From Rebecca billardiae RCC1528 (lineage: Eukaryota; Protista; Haptophyta), in NCBI GenBank assembly GCA_965240325.2, contig OZ251235.1, positions 1,612,001-1,676,000 of the forward strand: DNA of 64,000 nt, read 5' to 3'. Every line of letters starts with the position of its first letter. Position 1 is the stretch's first letter. The translations under genes were made by a program, and so were the position numbers. The notes beneath the pieces were generated by a model, which saw only the letters and a list, made by a program, of their open reading frames with translations, had not been told where the DNA came from and did no database searches. Shown here in pieces: positions 48,004-59,892 of the stretch.

Positions 48004-48590
48004 GGCGCGGACGGCTCCCCGCCGCAGGGCGGCGTCGTGTGCTCGCCCGCCGGCCGCCTGCTCCAGGATCCTCAGAATCCTCAGAAGTCCGCCTCGCCGG
48101 GCCGCGTTGAGAGCCCCAACTGAAAACTCCCAAGGGGGGCTTCCAGGTCTTGCATCTGAAGACCACGATCTCCGTCCGATCTTCGTTTAGTCTATTGGTG
48201 CGACGAAGCAGGAATATGATTTTCTTTTGTCCTCCGCGTGTCGATCTCGCCGGCTCGCAAGCCAAGCCTTTCAGAAACGCGGCGTGCGGCAGCCCCGCAG
48301 CCCGGATCGCGTCCGGGCGTCGGCTCCGGGAGGGCCGGATGAGGCTCGGCTGTCGGCAAGCGGGGAAGGTGTCCTAAGACCGAAGCGACGGGATCGAAGA
48401 ACACACCTGTCGGGCGCGATTCCGCACTGCACATTGACTTGATAGTGATCGTCAACTAGCTATCCGACACTGAGATGAAGAGTCGCTGGCCCCAGCGCTC
48501 GCGGGCGCGGCGTCAGTTCTAGAGTTCTGCGCGCACAGCTCGTATTAGTCGTAAGTTGAAATAAGTCCGAACCGAAAGTCGTAATAATAA

Positions 48591-49882
48591 TATGACCGCG
48601 TTCATCCGCGGTCCTTTTCTGCATAGAACTCAACGCAGTTGGGGGCCCGCGGTGGCCGTGCAATCGCGGCTCTCCGCCGTAGTGGCAGTTCGCCATCAGT
48701 TGAAGTCGGTTCTGAGATGATGACTGAAGCTATATTAGTCCGACCGTCGCCCTGCCTGCGCGACCGGCGAGACTCATTCACACTTCACACAATCACAGCA
48801 GCGGACCTGAGACCGCACCCGGCACCGGTCGTCAAATCGGACGTCCGTCTGAAAACTAGCTGCCAAATGTCCAACTGGCTGATCAGCTCGTCGGATCCGA
48901 CCCGTCCGCGATCGTGCCATCGGCATCGGAATTACTACTACTGTCTGTAGTAGCTGCCAAACTGTGGCAACTCTGGCTGATCAGCTCGGATCCGACCCGT
49001 CCGCGATCGTGCCGAGTGAGTCGTGCCGCGGAGCTCGGAGTACTGAAGGAGTCGGGTGTGACAGCAGGGTGCTTTAGCGCTGCGGCCCGTGCCAGCCAAC
49101 GACCAGACGTACTCTGGCCACTTGACCCGTTGCACGCGGTGAGTGACCGTACGCCCTGCCTACCGCGCGCGCGCCGCGCGACTCGGGGTGATGGAGAGCG
49201 GATGGCGACAGCAGCAGCAGTCCTCATGAAGACGATGAAACTGGCGGCACGGGTGCACGAGGTGGCAGGCGAAAGCGCGCCGACGAGACCGCATTCGACA
49301 CACCTGAGCCGCACGCGCGTGCCGTCGCCGAGTCGCCGAGCCGCGGCGAGCGCTGCAAACGCGCAACTACCGCGCGCGCCACGACGGCGCGGCACTAGCT
49401 GATGCAGGACGTACTGCCGGCACTGCTTCTGCGATCATGCGCCACGGTCGCAGCTGACTGCGTGAGCAGCAAGCGGGAGGCGGGTCCGGAGGCACGTGCA
49501 GGCGCCGTCCCGCATCCGGCCATCGTGCCGGGCCCGGGGCACGTCGGCCTCCGACGATCCGGATGTGGCCCAGTCCGGACGTCACGCGATCCGGGACGAC
49601 GAATACGATTCGCTCGTAACAAACCGTTACGCTAAAGTCACGTCCAGCTGACGTCCAGATCGCACTTTACTTAGGGAATATCGTGGACGCGGTGTTTTTC
49701 GGCCTAATAGACCTCTCTATGCGATCTCAAAAACTCGAAACTCGGTCTCCGCCAGCCCTAAAAATCGCCCCCCCGTCCCTTTTTTCTTGATCAAAGATCT
49801 TTTTGAAACGTGGTTCGGGCCCGCTGGTGCGGGCTCCACGCTGCGCGCTCCGCCCTGCACCGCGGGCCATAGCGGGCCATAA
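48591..49882 (-). mobile_element. Non-autonomous Helitron2/Helentron-like element, copy A
   Basis: Terminal hairpin GACCGCG..CGCGGTC (48594-48613); asymmetric IR GGCCCGCGGTG (48644-48654) / CACCGCGGGCC (49858-49868); shared ~260-bp end block. Confidence 0.65.
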
Positions 49883-49888
49883 TAGATA

Positions 49889-51561
49889 TTATGGCCCGCG
49901 GTGCAGGGCGGAGCGCGCAGCGTGGAGCCCGCACCAGCGGGCCCGAACCACGTTTCAAAAAGATCTTTGATCAAGAAAAAAGGGACGGGGGGCGTTTTTT
50001 AGGGCTGGCGGAGACCGAGTTTCGAGTTTTTGAGATCGCATAGAGAGGTCTATTAGGCCGAAAAAAACCGCGCCCAGCTGATTCCCTTAAGTAAAGTGCG
50101 CGATCTGGACGTCAGCTGGACGTGACATTAGTGTAACGGTTCGTTACGAGCGCGAGTGTAAGTATGAGATTGCCGCCAACCGCCAACCGATAAAAACGGC
50201 AAGGCAAGGGATCGGGAAACTTGATCACCTCCAACTGTGAATAGTAAAATGCTCTCCCCGAGCGCGCCTGTCGCCTCGATCGGGAAACTTGATCACCTCC
50301 AACTGTGAATAGCGGTAAAATGCTCTCCCCGAGCGCGCCTGTCGCCTCGCAGGCCGCGCGTCTCGCCCTCTCGCTCGCTCTCCCCGAGGCTGAGCTCGCG
50401 GCCCGCCTGTCACCTCGCAGGCGCGCGCCACGGACACATGCGCGACGAGATCGCGGCGGGGGCGGCGAGATCGCGGCGGGGGCGACGGGCAACAACCTGC
50501 CCGCGGGCGCGTTCGTCACTCGAGGAGCAGCGCGCAAGGGCGAGCCGAGTCCGGAGCACGCGAGCTCGTCGCTCGCCGACCGGAGCAGAGCGCGCCGCCC
50601 GCCGCCGCCGAGCGAGCGGCGCGGCAGAGCTGATGAGCCGGATGCGCCCGGAGCTCGCGCGGCTGAAGGGCGAGCTCGAGCACGCGAGCTCGCGCGTCGA
50701 CGCCGAGCCCGAGCTCCTCCTCAACTCGGTCGACGGCGGCGCGGAGGTCCGGCAGCAGCGTCAGGACTCACAGACAGTGTGAGTGAGCCGCGCGCAGCTC
50801 AGCCTGCCGCTGGCAGCCGCCGTCTTCGAGGCCGACGCGGCGGAGGAGGCGGCGGGCGAGCACGGCGGCGCGGTGCGGAGCAGGCGCGCACGCGCGGCGG
50901 CAGGCGCGACGCGCCGCTCGCCTCGTTCCACCGCCCCGAGCTCCGCTCGGTCGGTCTCGGTGCGCGGCTGCGCAGCCGGCAGGCCGGCGGGCCAGCAGTC
51001 TGCAGTGGCGCGCGCTCTCGCTCTGCCGGCACGAGGCGTGCCGGCTGAGCGACCAGCGGCCCGTCGTCGAGCGCATGGCGCAGGGCGCGTACCTCAAGCA
51101 GGTGCGCCCGCTCGCGCGCACGCGCCGGCTCGCGACCAGCGGCCCTTCGTCGAGCGCATGGCGCAGCGCGAGCACCTTGCAAGCTGAAGCAGGTGCGCCC
51201 GCACGCGCGCACGCGCCGGCCCGGCGCCGCGCGCCGCCTCTCGCCCTCTCGCCCTGCGCGCGCCGCCGCCCCGCTTCCCCGCGCGGCCCGTCCGCGCCTC
51301 TGGCCCTGCGAGCGCGCCGCCCCGCTGGCCGCTTCCCCGCGCGGCCCGTCCGCTGGTGTCCCATGCCACCCTTGGCCGTGCGCGCCCGCATACTCGCGCC
51401 GAGTCCGAGACTCGGTCTCGGGTCTGACTCTCCCTCTCAGAGTGGCTGAACTGTCTTTCTGACTCGGACTGACTGACTCGTCAGTCTCATTCTCAACCAC
51501 TGCGCCGCGGGCCCCCAACTGCGTTGGTTCTACGGAAAAGGACCGCGGAACGCGGTCATAT
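49889..51561 (+). mobile_element. Non-autonomous Helitron2/Helentron-like element, copy B
   Basis: 5' GGCCCGCGGTG (49893-49903), 3' CGCCGCGGGCC (51503-51513), hairpin GACCGCGGAACGCGGTC (51541-51557). Internal ~69-bp tandem duplication at 50210-50348. Confidence 0.65.
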
Positions 51562-51592
51562 AACTACTACCGTAGTATCACGGTAGTTAAAA

Positions 51593-51649
51593 TGATCGGC
51601 TACGCCGATCTTCGGGTAGTAAACAACGAAGTTGAGGGCGCACGGCCCT
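51593..51649 (+). repeat. Single arm of the 26901-27028 MITE family
   Basis: Matches 26970-27027 nearly exactly. Confidence 0.8.
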
Positions 51650-51711
51650 GGGCATCGCGCGCAGGTGCTTGACGAGCTGGTTCGGCACCGTGTTGATGCC
51701 GAGCTTTACGG

Positions 51712-52731
51712 TCATACGGTGTGAGGTGGCTGCCCGACGGGCTCGGGCTCGTGAGGTGAGCGAGCGCGCGCTTCAGCTGCGCGCGCCTGCGCGCGGCGTC
51801 GGTGCTCGATGCTTGGCCACGCGCGCTTGTGGATGCGGGGGCCCGCCTTGCTGATGGTGGGCGAAACGGCGATGCGCCGCCGTATCTCCGCCGCCCGGCT
51901 CACCGACACCGGCAGCACGCGGCTCACGAAGGCGTCGCACGGCATGTGGAAGTCGGCCGCGTGCACGCCCATGAAGTCGGTCACCGCGACGTCCTGCGCG
52001 GTCAGCGTCCTCGCGGCCGCGGCCGCGTCGGCTGCGCCCGTCACCTTGATCTGCGCCACATGGCGCGCACAGCGGAAGCGGCAGCACTAACGTCGCCAGC
52101 GCGCCCGCGTCCAGTTCGACGCGCCGCGTGCCGAGATGCCACGCCGATCGCAGCTCGAGCTCGTCGACAAGCGTCTGCTGGCCGGCGCCGCCCCACCAGT
52201 ACGCGTGCTTGGAAAGCCGCAGCAGCTTGAGCTTCGCGGTGACGCACAACTGTTGCATCTCGGACACGAGCGGCGCGACCGCCGCGAACCACACCCTCCG
52301 CCGCGTCGCCGGCTTCGTGAAGGACGGGTCGTCGTACTCCATCGGCACGCGCGCGTGCGCGCGCGCGCTCCCGCCCTCGTCTGTGCGCAGGTGCAGCTTT
52401 TTGTCGCCGCTCGTGCGCGCCCGTTCGGCATAGCGTGCAGTCCATGATGTACAGTCCATGATCAAATTCGAATGTCGCCGCCACGTCGTCCTCCGGCCGC
52501 ACAGCCGCCGTCTCGCATCGGCGCCGCCATCGCGCCGCCGATGCCGCGCGCCGCCAGCGGCGCGTCCAGGACGGCGCCCATCGCGGCAAAGTCGACGTCC
52601 GCGTCGAGCGCGACGGATGCGAGTGCGTCATCGAACCCGCCAGCGCCTTCTCTCGGCTCGGGCGGCGGCCGCGACCGCGGCGGATCGGGCGGCAGCGAGG
52701 CGTCGCCGTCGCCCGCCCGGGCGTCGTCCAT
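51712..52731 (-). pseudogene. Frameshifted unknown gene
   Basis: Coding-like peptides spread over three frames; a short duplication (cagtccatgat twice, ~52438-52462) coincides with one frameshift. Confidence 0.35.
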
Positions 52732-53383
52732 GCCTAGCGCAGCCTGCGCGCGCGAGCGCGGCGAGGCGGGCGGAGACGGTGCCGGGCCAGGAGAGAAGGG
52801 ACGCGCGGTGAGCGTCCACGGGCCGCCTCGGCAAGCCGATGTCCGCGCGTACCGGGGGCGCCCTGGGCGCCGCGAGGCGGGCGCGCGGCGGCGGCACCCG
52901 CTTCTTTCTCGCCGCGACACGCGGGTGCCGGCGGTGTCTACGCAAGCCAACTGCCGAGTCCGACCGTGCGCCTGCCCGCGTATGTACACCCTTTCAGAGA
53001 AGTAGAGAACTCTTATGACTTATTAGTCAATAGAGGAGATTCCAGAAGGGTCGTACGTGAAGCGGTAGAAATTCTCAGCACACTAGGTTTTCAGGCCCGG
53101 CCATCATTGTTGATGAGCGAATTCAGGCCTCATCAACAAATGATCATATGGGTCGAGAGCGAGAATGTTCGCCTTCAGGCTGTGTCTTTCATCTGAAATA
53201 CAAGAATTGGATTGCCACCGAACCAAATGTTTGGTTCGCTTTATGCAGAATCTCGTTTCAGTTGAATGGCGGGCGATCGTCTTTCGTTGAAACGGTGTTT
53301 TTGAAGCGCAGTTCTCTTAAGAGGAGAGGGATGCGTCTAATCTAAAACGCTGTTTTTCAGAAGCGCGTGAATCAAAGCCGACC

Positions 53384-53705
53384 CAACCTCTTGTTTTTAT
53401 GGTTGGCGAGCTGTTTCAGGCTCTTACAATTCAGGCATCTTACTACGACGGAATGTTCCAACACACGGCTGGTGTTATGCGCTATTCCGCCCTGCATTCC
53501 CCTAAGTGTTACTATCGTTAAAATTAGCATCTACTACAAACGCAATCATTGCGGCAGCGATATCCACTCATACGTACGAAGGCCACCCACAAAAATCCCC
53601 AAAATTCTGCGCGCATCCTCTTTTTGATTTTGCGGAGCACGTGCGCCGCCCCCCCCCCCGGCTTTCGCTCACGCTCAGACCTTTCGGGGGGGGGGCGTGC
53701 GCCAT
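53384..53705 (+). repeat. Dispersed ~320-bp repeat (copy 2)
   Basis: Matches 28687-29004. Confidence 0.85.
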
Positions 53706-53879
53706 CAGCAGACGCTCACTGTGGTTGGTTGGGGGCTGGCCAGGGTAGGGCTGGAGGCTTCGGCCGCCATTAAGTCTGATCACCCGGAGCCCGTTATTTA
53801 TAATAAAGGGGAAATTATCTCCTAAGCCGCGCAGTAGTTTCAGCAAAGTGGATCATCAAATATATGCCGTAGTACTGTA

Positions 53880-54888
53880 CAGTTTACTAAGAATAAGAGA
53901 CGCACACAGCTCAGGCAGGCGAGATAGTATGCGCGTGCAATATTATAAAGTACAACGTCAACTGCCGTCGTCTCAGCAAGAACCGAGTCCCGAGCGCCGT
54001 GCCGACGTGTCCGCGCTCGCGGCGGGCGAGCGCGGGGACTCGGCCGAGTACGATCGCTCGCATCGTGGGCCTAGTCCCCCACAAAATTGTCCGCGGAGCC
54101 GCGCGCGTCGCTCACCTCGTGCCCGGCGCTCCGCCGCGGAGGCGCCGTCACAGTGGTTTTCACAGTGGGCCGAGCAGTCTGAAGTGGCGCTGAACTGAGG
54201 TTATTGGTTTCGTCGGGGTTTTCGCAGTCCGGGCGTCCGGCAGGCTTTGCCGCTCGGACGCCCAGGCGGCATCCATCACCACGAGGTCGGCCACGCGCGG
54301 ACCTGGCCCGCGCGGAGGCGGAGCATGGCGCACTGCTTGATGACTGCGCCCGCGCGAGCCGTTCCATGATCGCTGTGGTTACAGCAAAAGCCCCTGCCTC
54401 GCCCTCTGTTGGTGGGACCTCGCCAGATGCACTTGTCACTTGCGCGCCGCTCGAATTGCTCCGAACGAACACGACAAGCACATTGCACTTCGGCGCAGTT
54501 GACTCACTCGCAGCAGGTATTCGAATCTGTCGCAGTGGCAGCGGTGCGAGAGCCTACGTACGTCTGTCAAGGGCAGCCGCACGCTTCAACATTGCGAAGG
54601 AGTTCCGCCCTGAACAGTGCGGCGGCAAGGGGTTGAGTGCGCTCCAAGCAACCTCGTCAGGCACTGATACAGGTGGGGAGGCGCAGGAAGGACGTTGCAA
54701 CGAGCGCGATGAGGCCCACATACCTCGACAGCATGGGAGAGACGCGCTGTGGGACATGAAGACACCTGTCACTCATGCCAGGTCCCACAAGAATAAAATA
54801 AGAGACGCACACAGCTCAGGCAGGCGAGATAGGCGAGATAATCTCGCCTGCCTGAGCTGTGTGCGTCTCTTATTCTTATAGTCAACTG
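53880..54888. mobile_element. 1-kb non-autonomous Tc1/mariner(pogo)-like element
   Basis: TA|CAGTTTACTAAGAATAAGAGACGCACACAGCTCAGGCAGGCGAGAT ... ATCTCGCCTGCCTGAGCTGTGTGCGTCTCTTATTCTTATAGTCAACTG|TA; ~46-bp TIR with TA flanks. Confidence 0.85.
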
Positions 54889-55009
54889 TATGTCGTTGAA
54901 AGCGCGCGCCACGGAGACCGGAAGGGCCGTGCACGATGCCGGCCCGGGCGGCGTGCCCGCACTAGAGAGCCGTTGAGGGCGCGCGAGGGGCGGCAGCGCC
55001 CCTGGTCTC

Positions 55010-56737
55010 ATGGGCGATGTTGGCGACGCGGTCGCCGACCAGGGGACGATGCCATCACCAGCGTTTGGCGTCACCGCGGCGCTCGCGTCACCCGCGCTCG
55101 CCGTGCTCGGCTTGTTCTTGTGGGACGAGTACTGGTCGGGCTCGCCGTTTGCGCTCAACCTGTACAAGTGCACGCTGGCGACGTTCTTCTACCTCGGCGG
55201 TCTCTTCGCGTCCGAGTCGCTTGGGCTGAACGACCTCTCGTTCCTCGACGAGCGCGCTGCCATGCTCGCGCTCTGCGCCACCTCGCTCTTTGGCATTGTC
55301 GTCGGTGACAACATGTGGCTGACGAGCATGATGATCCTCGGCCCGCGCAAGCTCATCCTGCTCGACTCGCTCAAGCCCTTCCTCGCGTCGGCGATGGCGG
55401 GTACGCTCTTACACGAGAGCACGCCGCCGCTCGCGCTGCTTGCCATGCTCGTCTCCGTCACCGGCGTCGCGGTTGTCTCGCTCGACCGGCAGAACGCGAC
55501 GCGTGAGCCGTCCGGCCGCGGGCCCGCGTGCGCACTGCTGATGGGCTACTCCTTCGCCGTGCTCAACATGGTCTTCGACGTGATCGGCTCGGTGGTCATG
55601 AAAGAGTACGCGAGCCACTTCGGCCCGTGGGCGATCGGCGTCTTCCGCTACGGCTTCGCCTCCATCACGATGATTGGCGTGTACGGTGTGTGCACGCTGC
55701 GCGCCGCCCAGCACCTCTCGTCCTGCCCTCGGGGGCGCAAGCGTGCGGCGAGGGGCGCTGGCGCCGCCCTGGAGATGGATGACGAGCTCGAGCCGCTGGC
55801 GACGGAGGATGAGCGCATCTCCGCTGCGTCGCCAGAGCGCGCGCTCGTCGGCAGAACCTCCGACCCCACGGAGCCGCCCTCTGTCGACGTTCTCTCGAGC
55901 GCAGAAGCTGCCCTCTTGCGAGCAGCCCGCTCCACGCAGGAGGCACACGCGCTCGCGCAGCACGCGGGCGGCGACGATGGGGCCGATGCGGCGGCGGTGG
56001 TGGCGGCGGCGGCGGAGGAGGACGACGAGGAGGAGGAGGAGGAGGAGGGGTCTGAGCACGCAGCACTTGTTGAGCGTGCGCAGCCGCACGCGCCCACGCG
56101 TGCGCACGGCGCGACTCGGCCGGTCAACGTGCCGCACGTGCCCACCATTGGCCGCACCCGCTCCGAGCTGGGCGGCGGTGCGGAGGCGGAGGCGGAGCAA
56201 CCGCTGCTGGAGCATGGCGGTGCGGGCGCGCGGCGGAAGGCGACGGCGAAGGCGAACGCTCGCGACGCGGTGAGCGACGAGACTGGATCAGCTGCGTTGC
56301 TCGAAGGCGATGCCGATGCGGATGGCTTCGGCGGTGCAGACGTGGAAGCTGGCAGTAGCAAGGTGGTCGCTGCCACGAGCGGCGCGCTCAGCCCCGGGAG
56401 CGGCGGCAGCGCGCGCACGCTCAGCCGCCGCAGAGGCAGCGCGGAGGCGAACGAGGAGGCGTGGTATCGCATGCCCGAGCAGCCTGCGCGCTCCTGGCTC
56501 CTGGTCTCCCTCGGCGTTGTCTTCGTCACCTTCCTCTCCATGGCGCTGACAAACGTGTCCCTGTTTGCGATCCCGCTCGGGCTCAACCTGACGCTGCAGT
56601 CGCTCGGGCCCGTGTACGCGATCCCGCTGGCGTGCGCGCTCGAGGGTGAGCGCGTCTCGGCGCGCACGCTGCTCGCGAGCCTCTTCGCCGTCGCTGGCGC
56701 CGCGGCCTTTTGCCACCTCACGCTGCAAGAACCGTGA
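55010..56737 (+). CDS. EamA/DMT-family membrane transporter
   Basis: About 10 hydrophobic helices; PFALNLYK, LGPRKLILLDSLKPFLA, LQSLGPVYAIPLA..LEGERVS; long acidic loop. Confidence 0.85.
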   Translation: MGDVGDAVADQGTMPSPAFGVTAALASPALAVLGLFLWDEYWSGSPFALNLYKCTLATFFYLGGLFASESLGLNDLSFLDERAAMLALCATSLFGIVVGDNMWLTSMMILGPRKLILLDSLKPFLASAMAGTLLHESTPPLALLAMLVSVTGVAVVSLDRQNATREPSGRGPACALLMGYSFAVLNMVFDVIGSVVMKEYASHFGPWAIGVFRYGFASITMIGVYGVCTLRAAQHLSSCPRGRKRAARGAGAALEMDDELEPLATEDERISAASPERALVGRTSDPTEPPSVDVLSSAEAALLRAARSTQEAHALAQHAGGDDGADAAAVVAAAAEEDDEEEEEEEGSEHAALVERAQPHAPTRAHGATRPVNVPHVPTIGRTRSELGGGAEAEAEQPLLEHGGAGARRKATAKANARDAVSDETGSAALLEGDADADGFGGADVEAGSSKVVAATSGALSPGSGGSARTLSRRRGSAEANEEAWYRMPEQPARSWLLVSLGVVFVTFLSMALTNVSLFAIPLGLNLTLQSLGPVYAIPLACALEGERVSARTLLASLFAVAGAAAFCHLTLQEP

Positions 56738-57324
56738 GCGAGTGGGCGAGTCCGGCCGCAGCAGCAGCGATGCAAATCATCACGTTGTTGTGTATCATAA
56801 CAGGCGCTCTCACGGCTCAGTGAGGCGAGGTCCGAGGCTACGCCCCGCGCGGCCGGGGGCGCGGGCCCCGCGCCGGAGCCCGGATGCCCGACGACTGGTC
56901 ACCTAATAGCTAACTATAAGCTACTCGTCTGTCAATCAAAGGCAGTGCTGGTATAACCACGAGACATGAGTGTATAGACTGAAGGCTGAAGGCTGAAGGC
57001 GTTAAGCACGGGGTCGCGGGGCCGCGTCGGGGGCCTGCACGGGCCGCCCCGTTATTATTCATTAATCATATTGGCCGCCCGTTACCGTATGCGTATCCGT
57101 GGCAGTCGTGACTACCGTATATACTGAGTATAATATCCCCTAGTGACGGCCTAGCGCAGTTATTACAGTTAGTGACACTATGATGGACGATGTTTTAACG
57201 CGCATCACACACTTGTCACTAGTGTCTGTAGTGACACAGTAGTGTGTGTTGATGAGAATTTAGAGCGACTTATTACGTACGTAGCTACGGTTCGAAATTT
57301 CTATATGCAGCGCCGACGACATTT

Positions 57325-57575
<251 letters not shown>

Positions 57576-57623
57576 AATTGCCACTCCTATTAATAGTAAA
57601 TGAACATACATATTAGTATATAT

Positions 57624-59237
57624 AATGACCGCGTTCCGCGGTCCTTTTCCGTAGAACGAACGTAGTTCAGGGCCCGCGGTGGCGGTGCACCCTCCGTCGC
57701 AGTCGTCTATTGACAGACCAGTTGCATATGCCCGTACAACTAGACTCCAGCGGCGCGCCGCCGCCCGCCGCGCCGGGCGGGCCCATTGCAGCCGCCGGCG
57801 CGGCGCCGATTGTGTACAGGCGGATGCGACGAGGCGTGATCGACGCATGAGCGCGACTCCCCGTGCACACCAGGCCACGCGAAGCTGACAGCCAGGGAGC
57901 ACGGTGCGGGGCCGCGGATTCGTTCGGGCCGCTGCTGCTGACCGCTGTCCCCGGGGGACACCCCCCGCGCCGGCAGCGCCCGGGATGATGCACTGGTCCG
58001 AGTAGGGTTCGACCAGCGCCTGCGCGACGGCCGACAGGCGGGCGCGAGGCGTGATCGACGCATGAGCGCAACTCTACGTGCACGCCAGGCCACGCGGAGC
58101 TGACAGCCCGAGGGAGCACGGTGCCGAGGTGCGAGGGCACCGGTGATCCGGTTCGCGCACTCGCCGCGCGTGCACGGGCAGCTGACACACCTCGATCAGG
58201 CTCGGCACGCGTTGCAGAGGCACGGCCAGCTCTGGGGACGTCACGCACCACCGTCGCCCGCGCAGCTCGTCCTCCTCGTAGAGTACCGTTCAGTTCCGAG
58301 GCGTAGCCCTCGCTCAGAGTCGACCGACGATGGACTCGGATCGTCGCCGCGCCTGCTCTCTCTCAATCAAGAAGAGTTCTGGGAGACCCCGGAAAGGCAT
58401 GGCAAGGGCGGCGCGTGGTGAAGTCGAAGGCTCAGAGATCGATCAGTCCGGCATCAGGCGCCGCTGCCCCCGAGCTTGCGAGAGCCCGAACACAGGGCGG
58501 CGGCTGCGGCGCCGGCTCGCGGACGCGCCGGGGCCGCGCAAGGCCGCGCCGAGGCATCGACAGGGCGGCAGGGGCGGCGGGGGCGCGCGGAGTGAGCGGG
58601 GGCACGACGAACGCGATGTCGACGGCAGTCGGGACCCGCCGCAGCCGCGCGCTCCAGGCGCCATTCGCCGCGCGCACCTGCCCATCGCCGTCCTCACCCG
58701 TCGGTCGCTCGTGACTCGTGAGCCTCGTGCCCGTGGCTCGCCTCCAAACGCGGGCCGCCTCTGGCTGGTGGGCCGCCGCCCGGGGCCGCACGCGCGCCCA
58801 ACCACTAGTCCGTTCGCGTCAGATAGTATTGAGATATACGCCGAGCTTGGGCCCTCTGCTACTGACCCTTGCCTTGTCGGCTCCTGATACAGATAGGGCG
58901 CGATTGAATAGTTGATCAACTGATTCAAGGGACGTACATTGTCACATCGGTTCGCGGCAATCTCACTATCAAACTAAATCGCTCGTAACGAACCGTTACG
59001 TTAAAGTCACGGCCGCTCACGTCCCGTCCATCGATTGAATAGGGGAATGTCGTGGACGCGGTTATTTCTCCGTAATGCATGTGTAGAGAGGGTCTCAAAA
59101 ATCGAAACTCGGTCACCGCCAGCCCTAAAAATCGCCCCCCGTCCCTTTTTTCTTGATCAAAGATCTTTTTGAAACGTGGTTAGGGCCCACGGAGCGGGCT
59201 CCACGCTGCGCGTTCCGCCCTGCACCGCGGGCCATAA
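57624..59237 (-). mobile_element. Non-autonomous Helitron2/Helentron-like element, copy C
   Basis: Hairpin GACCGCGTTCCGCGGTC (57627-57643); IR GGCCCGCGGTG (57671-57681) / CACCGCGGGCC (59223-59233); 58979-59237 is homologous to 49610-49871. Confidence 0.65.
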
Positions 59238-59368
59238 CGCATATATATTACATATATTAGTCATCCTTCTGGAGCGCCGTCCCGCGTCAGGCGCCACAGA
59301 CACAAGTCCACTCTCTCTGAATCTCTCTCTCTATAGCAGTATATTGCCATACGCCCCTGGATATGCAG

Positions 59369-59424
59369 AGTAACAGGGCGGGCTGTCAGTAGTAAAGTTC
59401 ACACTGACAGCCCGCCCTGTTACT
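59369..59424. repeat. Perfect 22-bp stem hairpin
   Basis: AGTAACAGGGCGGGCTGTCAGT, 12-nt loop, ACTGACAGCCCGCCCTGTTACT. Confidence 0.85.
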
Positions 59425-59892
59425 GAACACGACGGGCTGGTACCGTCCGTAAACTTAAAACTGTAACTGAGCAGCAGACTGTTGCCTATTGTATCATAGT
59501 GATAAGCCCCATATCGTACAGGCCCAGGGTCGTACTTCACTATTTTCGTCAAGACGACGATTGACGACGACTAATAAATTTTCCTTTAGAATTATAACGG
59601 GCTCCGGGTGATCAGACTGTCACTGACTACTGAGACTGGCGGCCCGGACGAAGCCTCGGCAGCCCGCCTACCCGTGGCCAGCCCCCGCAACCAACCACCA
59701 CCCCCACCCAACCTCAAACCACTGCCACCGAGACACCTAGTGGCGTAGTGCCCTGACACCACTCCACTGCGGACAGCCCGCCTCCAGAGGGGGCGGGGGC
59801 ATGCCATTGCCAACAGCATACAAGCCCAACACTGCAGGGTGGTCCCGGGGTCAAGCAGTGCACTGCAGCACTGCGTAACGGCACTGCGTTGC

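Noticed and set aside
49889-51561. Classification as IS3EU (TAY..RTA ends) or CryptonS (TATGG)
   Set aside because: No 6-bp TSD on any copy and no terminal direct repeat; asymmetric IR plus hairpin fits better.
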